Positions 34,320 to 49,300 of a DNA stretch of 64,000 bases are shown here, piece by piece; position 1 is the stretch's first letter, and each line of letters opens with the position of its first letter. The position numbers were made by a program, and so were the translations under genes. The stretch is from a virus: IMG/VR virus record IMGVR_UViG_3300027887_000007, positions 1-64,000 of that record, one strand, 5' to 3'. Below the pieces are notes generated by a model that saw nothing but the letters and a program-made list of their open reading frames with translations, did not search any database and was not told where the DNA came from.

Positions 34320-37300
34320 CTACATTGGAGGGGGAGAAGGCAGTGCGTTCTCTTGGCTGGCCGGGACAGCTTCATCTTCCGGCCATTTCAGGGAAGGCGC
34401 AAGCCTGAGTTCTTCCTCTTTCAGCTTTTCGAGTTCATGTCCTATCTGATCCTGCGTGAGCCCCTTGGCGCGGCCCGCCTTTATGGCGTCTGCTGCCTTC
34501 AAGGCCGATCGGGCCATGGCCAGCATGGACAGATAATAGGCGTCGATGTCCTTCCGCTTCCGCTCGGGCGTAGCCTCCGGCCTCCTAGAGTTGATAACCA
34601 TCCTCACTTGGCCATGGTACAGGCGGATGATTTCTCCTGCCGCTTTCAGGGTAGCGTACTCTGCCCACTCGTCGTCAGTAAGTTGTGGAGCGGACACGCT
34701 GCCGGGATTCTTTATGCCCTCACGGAAGCTCTGGTACCTCATCTCGAGGCGCTGTAACCGCTTCTGTAGCTTCTGTAGACTGACCAGTCCCCCGCTGGGG
34801 TACCTTACTCCAAAAGTGCGGGCAAGGCTAACGTCTACCATCTTGGGCGTGGGATCGGTTGGCCCTGAGTCGGGAATGAGGCGGTCGACCACCTCTCGCG
34901 TCACGATGCGGCCGGCCCCCGCCGTGTAACCGAACATGAGGTTTTCCAGCTTCACCGGACTGACCCGGAAGTCGAAGATATCCTCACCGAAGACCTTCGT
35001 CATCTCATGGTATATCTTGGCGATCGCTTTCGACGTCGTGACGGCAGCCTTCGACGTGTACCATTCAGCGCGATCCTCCGGCTCAAGGAGCTGCATGTGC
35101 GGAGTTTCAATCATCCGACCGGTAAAGAAGCTGTGGTTGAAGTAGTTCTCGAGTAGCGGCATGATGCCCGTCGCCTGGGCGAACGGGACGGCCGGTAGGA
35201 CCTGAGTAAATGTATTAGTGAGGAACTCGTCAATCGCGCTTTTGTCCCGACGGTGGATCCACTCGCACATGCGCTCTGCGGTGTTGCAGAAGACATAGCC
35301 CCATAGGAACGGCTTTGGAATCGGAACGTACGGCGTTACTTTGTACAGGCTCGTTCCCTTGGTGGGAAAGAGCCAGCACGAATCCTTCAGCCACCACGGC
35401 AGCTCTTGGTACTTTTCGTCGTCCTTATTTACCGACCATAACAGGACTGAGATAAGGGCCAGCGCAGAGCCTTTGATGGCAGACTCATATGGCCGCTCCT
35501 TGATGGTTCGTCCGAACTTGTCAATGTCCTGTACCGCGGCATTCCAGAACGCATGGGTCATGGAAATCGAGAGCATCTTAGCTCCCATGCGACTGTAGTC
35601 TAAGGTCGCCTCGCGTGACTCAAGGGCGGCTTCCCTTATTGGCATACCCTTGTCCCTAGCCAGCTTGTACACCGCGACTCTGGTCATTTCCTCAGAAAGC
35701 TCGGAGAGAACCCGTAAGGAATCAATCCACTTTCTCGGCTTTATCGCCGTAAGGATGGGGTGGGTCACTAGGTCGGTCAACTGCTGCCTGATGTGATCCC
35801 TGTCTAGAGAAATCATGGCGGCGTGAGCCCCACCGCCACGGATCCATTCATGATACAGATCATCACGCTTGAAGACGTGCCACAGCCCCATCAGGGAGTG
35901 CCATCCCGGGACAAATCCAAGGGGATGCTTTTTGGAGTAAAGACTGGTCTGCATGAATGCAGTCGCGGCGTCCCGAAGTATGTTCTTCGGCGTGAACTCC
36001 GGGTTGATTCCGGTCGCTCCCAGTCGAAGGATCTTCGCCGGAACAGCGAGGACCCTCATAAGGACGTTCACCTCTTCAACGTCTAGACCTTGCACAGCGT
36101 TGTACAGCTCCGGGTTAAGCTGAAGCAACTTAACCTTTCCTCGTACGTGGACCGTTATGATGTTCTCTTTTGGAGAGGGCGCCTTGATCGGCCTGAAGAC
36201 GGTCGCAATCGCATCGAGGTCAATGTCCGGATCGGACAGGTTAAACCCAGCCGCCTCGAGGGCGCCGCGTATCTCCGAGAGCGTGAACGAGGTTGGGCGC
36301 ATGTCAGGCGGAACCGGCTCCGCAACCCAGCCGGCACCATCCAGTTGAGACAGACTGTAGAGTGCTTGGGCTACTCTGTTCCGGTCTGCGAGGTTGATCA
36401 TCGTGTACGTGTTCTTGATGATCGTCTCAAGCGGATCGAGAATTGGAAGCCAAGATCCAGTAAACTTTTTCAAGCTTCCCGGTTGCCACAAGTTCCCGAC
36501 CCCTTCTCCGGCCATCCCCTTTGAGCCACCGGATTTTTCCCCGATGCCGGCCTCGTAGAGCCGATGGAACGGAACGTAGAACTTGTTCATCTTCTTGATC
36601 TTCTCGTACGGACCGGGATGATTCGGGTCATAGCTTCTCTCAAGCATCCCGCTATCTGCGTAGTACCTGAGCAGGCGATCCTGATAGTCGTACATCCCTT
36701 GGAGGGCGTTCCATATCATCGCCGCCTCAGGAGTAATCGGCTGTAGCGTTCTGGGATCAAAGCCCTGAAGCTGAAGACTAGACCTAGCTTCATCCAGCGT
36801 GATGCCGACTTCTCTCCCTTGCAGTCCCTTTTTCTCTAACGTGCGAAGGGCGATGGCACAAATGCGAAGGTCGTCCAGCCTGTCTCGGACAGGCTCCAGA
36901 ATAGCCCGGAATCCGTCGCCGGTAGGTGATAGGTTTATGGGATCAAATGTGTCTACGTTGAGGAACTGGTCGGCTTTTGCTACCCAGCCAGCCCGCAGCC
37001 TAGCCAGAAGGTGGGGATCCTCTACCTTTAGGTCTGCCAGTTTTTTACCGGCCTCCTTCTCGATTCTCTTAACTACCTTGTTTAGCGGATTGAGATGATT
37101 GATAACCTTCGTGTACAGTCCGCTCCACCAGTTGGTCTCGTAGATAGGGGCATCGAAAGAGATGTGGGCGAGGATTTTAGCCGACGCCGGCTGCGCTGCC
37201 CAGCGAATGAAATCGTCTCGCGCCGTGGTAAGAGCCTTCTTTACATCTGGATTTAGGTCGAGCGTCCGCTCAAAGAACTGAGTGAAGGATGGCGCCGAGG

Positions 37301-40300
37301 CCCTCGCCACTGGATTCTGTGTCACCCACAGCCTAACGTACTCGGCAAACCCTTCGGGAATCTTGGATCCGCCGGCGCGTGGCTTGGTCGCCAGCGGCTC
37401 CAGCTCGGTTGCGAAGGGTGCGAGCGCGGAGTAGTTCAAGTCCCCCTTGGAGAGACCCCACAATAGCTTGTTGATGTGATGCCCGGCCTCATGGAAGGCG
37501 ACGTTCAGGGGTCCGAGGTCTCCCGGCTTTTCACCGACGCCGCCAAGTTTCTTCCGCAGGCGTATGACCTCGGCGCGTGGCTTGTAGATCCCCAGCGCCT
37601 TCATCCTGAATCGGCCGAACCTCATTGGTACGTTCAGTGCCTTAGTCAGGTCCTTGAGGATCTTGTGCTTCGTCACAAGGTCCTTGCGGCTTAGCTTCTG
37701 CGGGTTGGGACCCGGCTGGAAGGCAGTCGAGCCAGCGACGGGCGGCAGGACCGGTGGAGTCGACGCCATCGCCGAGGGCGGCGGCAGTAGTGGGACGGTC
37801 GTCGCCCCGCTCACGGGACCTTCCTCGAGCGAGAGCGTCGGGCCGTTCGGGTCGCTGATTCCCTCTTTGCCCGTGATCTGGTCAAGCTCCTGCTGCATCC
37901 TTAATAGATGCGGCATGTATGCGTTCGCTTCGATCTTGGCCTGCACCTCGTCGTACTTCCGGCTCTCAAGGATGTGGTTCTTTACCTCTGTGGTCACATC
38001 CAGAACCGTGTTTCCCTCTAGGAGCCACTGGTCGAGATCGTTGGTCTGGATCCAGTTGAGTAGGCGTTGGGCCATGATCGGCGCCTTGTGAACCATGCGC
38101 TGATCTGACACGTCTCCTATTCCGTCGATGATCCGCTTCGCCGACTCCATGGCCTGCTCGACCCAGAACTGGGCGCCCTTGGCAGCCTGGAAGTTATCCG
38201 TCGGCGGCTCCATTTCAAGGCCGAGGTCGATGCTCTTCTTGCCGTCTCCTTGGTCGTACGGCATCAGTGGGGACGGACCGCTACCGCCCCCAGCTGATCC
38301 CGGCGGGGTCGTGGGATCGGCCGTACCAGTCGAGATGACCCTGTCCGCTGGGTACTTCTCGATGATCTTGTCCAAGAGCTTCGGGCCGTCGTTCTCGTCG
38401 AGTGGGATGAAAGCCCGGGGCCGCATAGATCCTCCGGGGGTCTTGATAACCTCGACGATGGCGCCCCACTCGCGCAGCTGCGCCACCAGAGATTCCTTGT
38501 AGGCGCGGCTCATGTTGATCTCCATCCGTCGTTCGCCGTGGATGGGATCACACATGTAAATCTGCCAGTTATTCGTGAGCTGGACGTTCGCGCCGGAGCG
38601 GATCATGTGGAAGAGAGAAGTGCCGGTCTCGGCCTTCAGCTCTGTCCCAAGGCCTAGCCTCTGCTTGAGAGCGGTGATCTCGTTGGCCTGTACTTGGAAC
38701 CCGATTATTCCACTACCGTCCTTCAGGATCGCCCGAACAACCCGCACATGACGGAGTCCGTTATCTCCCATGATCTTGTCATAGACCGGGAAGATGGCGC
38801 CTGTGACCATGTAGATAGGCGCCCGGAACGTCTTAGGGATTGAGGCGAGCTCCATGTTCCAAAGTGTCCGCGCCCGCTCGATGCCCCACAGTGGGACCGT
38901 GATCCTGCCAAGCAACGGCGGCGCCTCGCCCTCCATCCTCTCCACCGCTTCTCGCTCTTCAAGCGAACGAGGGGGTTTGGGCAAGCCCTGAGCGGCCCGC
39001 TTCTCTTCGTGTTCGATGATCTCGTAATACCGAGTTTCATCCTTGGGATTAGACCAACGGATCGGTGCTTTCTGGTTGGGCGCATTCGGATCCTGCGCCA
39101 CTCTCAATGCGCCCGGCGCCGGCTCGATGTCCTCCTTGGCATAGTTCTTTTGGAACTCTTCCAGCGGGACCCGTTCCCTGCGGAACTTCACGCTACGAAG
39201 ATCGACATAGCGAGACCCGTCCTGAGGATCAATCCAAGTGTAGGCTGCGTAAATCATGCCGCTGCGCTTGTTGGTGTAGAACCCCAACATGCCAGCTGAC
39301 CGCGGGAGATCCTCGAACTGCTGTCTGGGCGACTCGAAACTTCCCTCCATTTCGACGAGCTGAGTCTCCGCTCCGGAGCGAGGGTCGGTGTAAAGATGCT
39401 CTGCCCCTTTAATGTCGATCTCGGTGGCGCGGATCTTGGATACGCCCTCGTCGAACCGTCCAGCTTCCTTTGCTGCCTGCACTAGGCGGGTGTAGGTGGC
39501 GTAGAAGTAATCGAACACCGCGTTTTGGACGGTGACCGGAAGGACCATGATCCGGTTAAGGAAGTTCTCCGGGTTTCTCCCGGCGGTCGGACGAAGGTGA
39601 AGTTTGCCCTGCTTGTCCTTTCGGACATAACCCAGCTTCGTCAGAATCTCCTGACCGCTCATGTCGGGATGGTAGAAATTCCCCGCCATGAGGTCGGCTA
39701 CCGTGTGCATACAGGCAGCCTTGCCGTAAGCATCCGTGAAATCTTCGATGTTGAAGAGTGACCCGGCCAAAGCCTCGCGGTGTCCTTGGGTGAAGGCGCC
39801 GAGGCTCGCCAGCCTTCTTGATACGGCATTGATCAGCCGCTCTTGCCCGCGAACATTCGTCCGCACAAGATAGATCATCGGTGCAGACGCTTGGTTGGAT
39901 CGGTGGGCGCGGCCGAAGAACTGCATCTGTTGATCGGCGGACCACGACAGTTGGGCGCAGAACATGACGCGGCGTTTCTTGTTCACTGCCGCCCTTGATG
40001 CGTGAGCGCTGATCCCTGCGTTCCCAGCCGCAGTGATGACCAGTACGTCTGTCTCGCCCTTCTGGAAGCGGCGCAGCTCCCAGTTGTTCTTCGTGTCGCC
40101 CTTCGTCAGCTTCAGTCCGTCCGGTTTGACCGATACGTGCTGCCCGTTCTCAAGCCTATGTTCTCTCCCCGAGATTTCCGAGATGCGCGACCATCCGCCG
40201 AAGTGCTGGCCGATCAGGTCGATTGGATTGTCGGGGAGAACGAGGCTATCGCAGAGAGCGAGAAGCTCTTGCTGCTTTTCCACGTTAGCCTGGTTCTGCT

Positions 40301-43300
40301 CGCCGGTCGGGATGTGTTCGAGTTTACCGGTCATCGGATCCCGCGAGACGTCGAACTCCTCCGTCGGGAAGTACTCCTCGATGAAACGCCTGACCATCTG
40401 CCGCGGGCCAAGGTCGATGTCGTCTAGGCTCTTTCCCGCAGCCTTTCTCTCAGTAACGATTTCCTCCATGAGTGTTTCGTTGGTGCTGAGGATGTTGATG
40501 ATCGGAGCCATCCCCTGTGCGAGACACTCATCTACCTTCTCGAACATGGATCCGATCTGGTAGGTAGTCATCAGCTGGAGGAAAAAGCGCTGCTGCATAC
40601 TGTAGTACACGCTGAAGCGAGTCTGATCGTGCCTTTGGTGGGCATTCTTCTCGGCCCATTCCATTGCCTGAACAAGCTCTGAGAAGAGCGATGCCGCATT
40701 GTTGTACTGCTCTACCTGGAACTCATTCAGCTGGTGATCGACGTAGCCATACTCCACCTTCTCCCAAGGCTCGGCGTCTGGACCTCCGTAGCTTAGGGAC
40801 CGGCTGATGAAGAGACCTACCGCTTTGAGGTCACGCGCAAGCATCTCCATGGACTGGAGACCGCCGGCCCGCATTGCTTCGGTGAAGTCGTCAAAAGTCT
40901 TGAACGGAGATCCCTCGGCTCCCCACAGCATGAGGCGATCCATGTAGCCCATGTTCGACGGCTTTGTCGCACCGGTCGCTGAGACGTAGACGATCCTCGC
41001 CTTGGGGAACACCTTCGATAGTTCCCCGCCCATCTTCCCGGCATTGGTGCCGCCCGTCGACCCGGAGTGGCTTCCATCGTCGGGGATGGCATTCTTCATC
41101 TTGTGGCTTTCGTCAAAGACGATCACGCCGTCGAAGTCTTTGGGGTCTCCCTTTACTTCCACTTCCTTGCCGACCATCGAAGACGGGATCCGCTCGCTCA
41201 GGCCGGTCTCCGGGTTTGTCCAGAAGTCTCCAGCTTCGAGGATCTTCTTTGTCCTCGGCGTGAGGAAGTCGACTATCTGCCGGAATCTCTTTGGATCCGA
41301 ACCCCACCCGATCGAGGCGGTACTGTACTGCGTGAACAGGATCCCGTCGTCTGTGACCGGAGCCTCATCGGCATAACGCGGATCGTTGAGGTGGATCGTC
41401 TTCATCGGCACCATGACTCTGTTGATGTCGCGTTGGGCCGATTCGAGGAGCTGAGATGTTGCGGTTAGCCAGAGGGCCCGCTTGTTTCCCGTCTCCCGCA
41501 GGTAGTGATAAATGATGCCGGCGATCTCGCGCCCCTTGCCGACACCGGTCCCGTCACCAATCCAGAACCCATAATGCCGACCATCCTTGGTCAGATCGTT
41601 CAGGGCTTGGACTGCAAACGTGACGCACTCGAGCTGGGCATCACTAAGGCCGAGCGGCTCTTCTCCCTCGGGAACCGGGGGCGGATGGAAGACATCCTCG
41701 GGGAGGTTTAGCTTTACCTTAACGTCTGGGAAGTCGACCGACGCTTGCGGTCCGCTCTCAATCAGCGGCGCCGGATGGGGGGTTACCCCCTCGTACAGTG
41801 CCTTCCGAACTTGGTAACGGACGTAGACGGCCGATTCCTCCTCGCCCATCTTCCTGTCCGTCGTGACTATCTTTATGTCGGCGGGAGGAGGTTGAGGTTC
41901 GACAGGAGGTTCGTTGCCACCTCGAGGCCCCACACCTTCAGTGTCCTCGGGTCCGGGTTCACCGGGACCGGGAGGTCTGGGAGGAGCCGGAGGATTTCCC
42001 TCTCCACGAGTTCCGGGCGCGTGAACGCCACCTCCCCCACCGCCTGAAGCCCCTCCTCGCCCCCCAGGTCGTCCGCCTCGAGAAGTACCTCCTCGCCCTC
42101 CTCCACCTCCAGAGCCGCCACCAGTGCCTTCACCAGTGGGTGGTTCCCCGGGGGGAGTTGGAGGTGTTGGAGGAGGAGGGAGGCTTGGCGGTTGGCTTCG
42201 CTCAGTTGTACGGCCATAGATGTCATCCTCGGCTATCTTCGCCAGAAGGACAGCCGCCTCTGACGGAGAACATTCCTCTCCTGTTACGATCTCGGCGCCC
42301 TTGGGTAGCGGACCGATCTTGTCGATTACGAGAAGCCTCTGCGGGAAGGAGGTCCCCATCTTCTGGTAGAACTTCCCCGCGAGTCCAATATCTGCACGGA
42401 CGGTGTACTTCTGGTCGACCTCGCCCCACCATCCGACAAACTTGTCTTTCCCCCGGGCCATCCCCTCGCCGATGATCGCCACGAGGCGACCGCCGGGGGA
42501 TAGCTTCTGGAGGGCCTGCATGATGTGGCGGGCCCCGTGAGCAGTATTCTTACCGGTCGGACCGGCAGAGAACGGGGGGTTCATCAGGACGAGGTTCGGC
42601 CGGAGATCAGATACAGCCGTTCCCGTAGTGTTGATGTGCAGGGCATCGACGTCCGTGGTCGTGAAGCCACGGATCTGTAGCATCTGCAGCCGGCGCTCGT
42701 CGATCTCGTTGGCCGTTACCTGAGCCCCGCGGATCCGGAGCATGGTCGCAAGCATCCCCGTCCCGGCGCTCGGCTCCAAGGCGCTCATCGGACCTGACGC
42801 TATTCCTAGGGCGTAGGCAGCTACGAAGGCCTGAGCCGGCGGCGTCGAGAACTGCTGGAGGTCGATCTGCTCCATGGTCCGATCGGACTGAACGGCCAGC
42901 CTCGACTGGAGCTCCATGAGCGCCATGAGGGTTTCAATCGGGTTGCCGAAGTCGACGATGTTCGACATCTCGATCGCCGCGGAGACCCCGGCCTCGAAGG
43001 CGTCGTACATGTCGCGGAGCTCGTACTTACCCTCGCCACGCTGCCCGCCGAACACTTCGTTGGCCATCGCCTGAAGCTTGCGGTTGTTGAATGACTCGCC
43101 GGCAAGGATCGCAGCGCGGACCTTGGCTACTAGATTCCTGTACTGCTCCTGCTTGGTCTGGGTCTCGGGCGGCGGCGGGGGCGGCGCCTCAGGTCGACGG
43201 AAACCCATGATCCGGGCGTAGTTCTCGACCATCTGGTAAACCTGATCGAGATACGGCCGTACCCATTCGGCGCTGTTGGCGATCACGGCTTCCGCCCACT

Positions 43301-46300
43301 CTTCCTTGACGGAATGCTCTCTGTAGAAATGGGCTCCAAGCAGAACGAGGTTTTTCCTCGTAGCCGGATCAAGACTGCTTATGTGACCGGGTCGACTTCC
43401 TCCCATGTCGGCAATGGAGGCCAATCCGGATGAGTCTCCTCCCTGTACTCCCGTATCCATTCCCAGTACTGCTTCGGGTCCTCCCCCTGATCTTTCATCC
43501 ATTGCAGAAAGGACTTCAGGTCTGGCATGTACCAGGCGGGGGACCCCGTCAGATGACCCAATCTTGCCAAGCAGATCGCCCGTCGCTCCCCGCGGGGCAG
43601 AGAGGAGATCGAAATATCGTCGAAACGCTGTGGTGGCCGCATATCCGTTAGCCTTGAAGTGTGCGGTTAAGATGCCTCTCCACTTGGTCTCTTCTGGAAC
43701 CAAGGATGTCCGAATGTCCTGCATGAATGCGGCAAAATCCTTTTCGTGATTCCAGTGTACCGTGTGGACAAGCTCATGTTCGATTAAGGTAGAAAGGATC
43801 CTAGTGCAGTGGACGGTGATCGCCTCGTCGCGGGACAGCAGTCCACTCTTTTCAAAATGGGTGCCGGCATGAACTAGGTTGTGCAGGTTAAGCAATATGA
43901 GGTATGGCTTGGACGGATCGTGATCTTCCCCAAAAGCCTTTAGGTCGCCATGGAATATGATCCCGTTGTAACTCGATCCCAGACCGTATCCGTGGAACTT
44001 GGCCTTCATGATCCTGTCGGCATGATCCGGATGCAGGACGGCCGTTCGCTTCTGAAGCTCCTCGAAACAAGCGGCCGTCAACTCGATTGTCTTTTGCACA
44101 ATCGGATCGCTGGATATCGCCTTCACTACATCGGGCGGCAGCTGATCCTCGTTTGAGTCGACTACCTTGAACCGGGTTGACCCGACGTTGTAACCCTTGT
44201 AGACGATGTCGTCAGTCTTTTGCCGTTCCGCTGCGGCGGCTTTGACGATGAGTGTATTTTTTATCCACTCGAAGACCAGAGCATCCGTCGACTTTGAGAA
44301 GTCGTTCCGGTTCATCGCCAGCGGATAGACCAGATCCTTATGGGCCGGATCCGCTTTTGGGTGAATGTCGATGACAAGTTCTGGAGGAAGGTCTAGGTCC
44401 TCGTCAAGGCGGTAAGTTTTCTCGAACGTAGAGAACCCGTTAACCAGAGTATGGACGTTAACGTACCCGACCTTTTTGTGTACGCCGGGTTGGTAGTATA
44501 TGTCTCCAGAAAAGTTGCGGTCCCCGATCTCTGAAAGCTTAGTCCACTCTCCGAATTCCGCAGGGATTACCGGAGACTCGTTGAATAAAAAGTTGATGTC
44601 GAACTCTGGCAGCCGATTTCTGCCAAGCCAGTCTTTACACCATTGCTTCAGCAGGGCCGGGTAGGGAGACGGTTTGTTTAGTGTAATCTCGATCTCTGTC
44701 CCTGCCTTACGCTTGGTTGTGGGGACAACCGAATTCAGAAGGAATCCCTTAGTCTGGAAATCATCCCCTGTTCCCTCGAACCAAGTCTCTTCCCACCGTC
44801 TCGTCTCGGGATTGAAGTTGACGCTTGAAACCCGAATCGTATCTGCGGATCCGTAGATGGCGACTTTGGCAATTCCGAATCCTCCAGAACTATTCTCGAG
44901 GACTTCTCCGTTTTCATCGAACTTCAGGGACGCGAAAGGCTCTACAAAGAACGTACCCATCGTCGCCTTCGACATGCCAATGCCGTTGTCGACTATTTTT
45001 ATCGTTGGTTTCTGTCCTCTTTCGGCTTTGACAGTTACCCCTATCGTTCCCTTTCTTCCATCCCTGATGCCCCTAAGAGCGTCGACGGAGTTCTGGAGCA
45101 TCTCGCGCAACGCGATCTCGGTAAGGTCTGACCCCTCGTAGGTTTTGACTCCTAGGATGTACTGGGCTCTGCCGTCCATCTTCTGGACTGCCCACTCCCG
45201 GCCCTGAGCATCCTTGACGATCTCCATCGTCGCTCTGGGCGGGAGGTAGCCTTGGTCGCGCATCCACTCGAATGCGTCCTTGACAGCCTTGGCGTCTGGT
45301 AGGGCGCCGGGCGGTTTTGTGCCGAATGCCCCTTTCAGTTTGGCGAGGTCGTCGCTTCCGAGCCCGCCAGTGAGTACCTTCTTCAGGTCCTCGCCCTTTA
45401 CCTCCTCGGTCGGAGGAGTGGTAGGCGGCGGCGTAATCTCCGGGCCTTTCTTCTCCTCCGTCGGTGGAGGTGGAGTTATCGTTGTCTTTTTCCGCTTCTT
45501 CAGGATCGGGCCGCGGTTCTTCTTTACGATCTCCGAGTCCTGAAGATTGAAATGGGCGATGTGTTTTTCGATAAGCTCGTCGGCCCCTTGGTGCAGCTTC
45601 CAGTCCTTTTTGTTGTCATACTGCTTGCTTTTGTCGTACAAGGCCTGAAGGAGAATCTCGGCCTCGTGTCCGGACGCGACAAAGTAGTGGCCTTTCTCTA
45701 AGTCCACCTCGAAGGTGTCGAGGAAGGTCGGTCTATCTGGGTCCTCGTTCTCCTCCCGAATGGCCAAGAGGACTTCTTCCTGCTCGGTAGACTCGTACTC
45801 AATTTCCTCTGTCGGGCCCTCGGGGGTGGTCGTTTCCGGCGGCTTCGTCCCGACGCCGGCCTGTCCGAGGATTTCGTTCAGCGTCTCCTGTAGGCTTTCC
45901 CTGACCTCGTCGGCCTCCTTCGGTGTCGAGAATGGTCCCGCGGATTCGACGCCACTGGAATCGTAGACCCTGAAGTTTGCTTCGTTGTCTTCGTGGACCG
46001 TGTACAGCGAGATGTTTCCGATTTCCGTGCTGGGCTGAGCCACAATCTCTCCCGCAGCAAAGTCGTAAGCTTGCTGCGGCGTCATCATGTGGATCTGGGC
46101 TTCCGTGAAACCCAGAACCCTCAGACGGTTCTGGACGGCCCAAGAGTTGTGCAGTTCCTCCGGGGCATCGGGGAGGTCTGGGAGCGGATGGCCCGGCTTT
46201 GGCTTGGTGTTAACAGGGGTGGTCGGGCGCTGCTCACCCTCCGGCTTTGACTCTCGGTAGGCGTCGAGAACCTTCTTCAGTTTTCTCGGAGAGATCCCGT

Positions 46301-49300
46301 ATGAAGAAAACACGTTGCTCAGGAACTCGAATAGGGAACTCCCCGTCGGTTCGTGTCCGTGCCATGGGTTTGCGACGTACTGCTCCCATGCTTCCTGCTG
46401 TGCCTTAGGAAATCGCTTTGCTGCAAATTGAGCCAGCTCCTCGAATCCAAGTGGAAGGTCAAAGCCTAGGAAATTGCCGTCCCTCAGTATCGGGTACTCA
46501 TCTAGCACCTGCTGTGGAACCTCGCGCCCGATGCTGAGAGCCTCTTCCACAGCCTTGAAGTGGTGGTCGTCGTAGAGCTCGTTGTGAAACTGAGCCTCTT
46601 CAACCGCAAGGGCGAAGTTCCTGACGGCCTGATGGGCGACGTCCTTCGTCAGCGCGAGCTCGTCCGGGCTAATGTCACGCTCGTCAATGGCCGGATCGTT
46701 GAAGAGCTGATCGACCTTGTTGTGCCACAGCTCGAACCACTCGGCGAGCTCGATTTCGCTATCAAGCAGGCCTTCTCTTACCCAACCTCCCAGCAGGTGC
46801 ATCTCATCTTCCATGCTGGTGATCGTGTTACGGTACTTGAACGTGTAGAGACCGCGATTCTCCGGCCGCAGGAACTTCGGAGCGACCTGGTGGACTAGCG
46901 TCATGCGAAGATCGTCGAGCCCACGCTCGAGGACAGTGGGATCCTCGTGCTGCGGGTAGTCGCTCGCGTCGTACTGCTCCCTAGTCATCTGGTGAGGCTC
47001 TAGCTTCTGACTGGGCGGGGCGTTCTCGGACTCAGGCGGCGGTCCCGGCAGACCTCCCTGCGCCGCCTCCGAAACCATTGCGGCTATCTCTTCGGCGGTT
47101 CCTACGTGGATCCTGATCGGTGTGAGCGGTTTCCCCTCTTTCGCGTTGAACTCGTTACGGAATGCTTGGACCTGACGCGGGACGTCCCACCTCGGAACGA
47201 CCGCATGGCCGGCTACGGTCATCGTCCCGTCAGGATTGACCGCCCATACGATTACGCCTGCGTCGGCGTCGGCGTCCTTGGGGGCAACGATTCCGAGGAG
47301 CTCATAGAGCTTCCCGGCGTCAAGCATCGAACTAATGTCGTCCTCGCTGTACGAGTCCGATCGGTAGACGAGGAATCCGTCCTCGACTTTCGGATGGTCG
47401 GAGATATCAACCAACCGAAGCGGGGGCATGATGTTCCACAGCTCCAGAGAATCCTTCTCCTCGTCGGTTAGCTTCGCCATCGTGGATGCCGCGATAAACA
47501 CGGCATTGCGGCTGCCGTTGGCAAGGTTAGCCAACTGCAGTTTGATGGTGTCGGGATCCTCGGGCAACGTCGGCTGAGTAGCCGTCGGCGGCGCCTCCGT
47601 CGTTTCGGGCGGCGGCGGCTCCCCAACCGGAGCGCCCTCGATTGGCTTGCGAACTATCTTCGACTTGGCGGCTAGGTACCCAAGGTTGTCGTTCGCCTGG
47701 AATACATACTTCGCCTCTCCGGTTGTTGGGTCGTAGATCAGCTCGCCGTTCTGGTCGTGATCGTATCCATAGATAGCGCCGGCGAAGGCTCCGATCTTTC
47801 CGTTCTCCAGAACGTGATAGAGCGACTGACCGACTCTCTGGTATTTCAGCCCATCTGTTGTAACGAGCTGGTCGCCTTCTTCCATGACCGCAAGGATCGT
47901 ATGACCCTGAGCGACGATCTCTCCCTCTGCCTGCATCCGGGCCGACTCGTCACCGGCTAGTGGCTGGGCTTCCATGATCTCTGTCATGCGACGATCCAGC
48001 CACGCCTGTACTTCCATTTCATCAAGACCGTGAAGCATCCCGACTAGGACAGAATCAGCCGGCGTTGCCGCCTCTCTAGTCTCTGGCGGCTTGGTTAAGC
48101 CGGGTTCCTGCGGAGCAACCGTTTTAGGAAGGAGTCCCCGCTCTAGCCTCTCTACCTCAGAAAGCTCCAGCTGCGAGAATTCCTTGCCGAATAGCCGGCG
48201 CGAGATTCGATCCGGGTCGAGTCCAAGGCGACCCATGATCTCGCTGACTCTGGCTACGGCAGCGGTCATTACCGCATCGCCCGGGTACGGTGTATTCGCC
48301 GAAGTCGGAGGAACGAAGGTTCCGTAGATCGCCCGGTAGGAACGCTCGATAGCCAAGAGAGCGCTCTCCGGCAATGTGCTGGAGTCTATCGAGGCCAGAA
48401 CCTCGGCCGGGATCGGGTTTCCTGTCTCGTCGAGGTGTGTCCCAATCTCCTGCGCGATCGTCAGTCTCAGGTTGGGATCCTTGTTGTCCCACCATTCAGC
48501 CGCAGCCTTGATCTGCTCATCGGAAGGACCACCGACCGGTTCATTCGGCTCGAGCTGCCTGCGGATCCAGTCGGAAGGACCGGCCGCATCCATTAGGTCA
48601 AGGACCTCCTGCGGAACCGGGGAGACAGGATTGTCCCTGTACTGCGACAAGGTGTCGGAGGCTTGGCCAAGCCATTCGATCTGTGATTCGACGCGGCTGC
48701 GCTCCGAGGCTCTGTCAATGTTTAAGATCAGGTCCTCGCGTTCCCGGCCGATGCGAGCCACGGCGAAGTCGATCTGATTCGGCGTTGGAACTGGGGGCGC
48801 CGGCTCAGGCGGAACACCCTCTACTGGGGGGACGCCGCCTTCTACTGGGGGGACGCCGCCTTCTACTGGAGGGACGCCGCCTTCTACTGGAGGAACACCG
48901 CCTTCTACTGGAGGAACACCGCCTTCTACTGGAGGAACACCGCCTTCAGGCGCAGCCGGAGGGGGAGTTTCGGCGGGAGGTGTCGGAGCCGGTACAGTAG
49001 GGAGAACTCCCTTGTGCTTGTCGAGTACCCCGACCAGCACTTGCCGCAGCTCGAGGATGTTCCACTGCGCGATCTCTTCATCCTTGAAGCCGGAGTACCG
49101 GAGGACCCGCATCACCTCGTCCGTCACTCCATGAGGGTTGCCAGTCTCCGCTTTGGCCGGGGCCCGGCGCATCCCACGTTCGAGTGCGTATATGGCGCCC
49201 TTTACCGCAGTCGGAACCGAGAACGCCGCGATCTCCTGTCCGAACTGATACAGGAAGTCGTCGATCGCTTCTGCTTTGGCAGACATGGGATCCGTGAAGA

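Noticed and set aside
48819-48851. CTCTACTGGGGG match between the PPVEGGV repeat and the 30504 palindrome arm
   Set aside because: Explained by Pro-Pro-Val-Glu codons; half-sites only.
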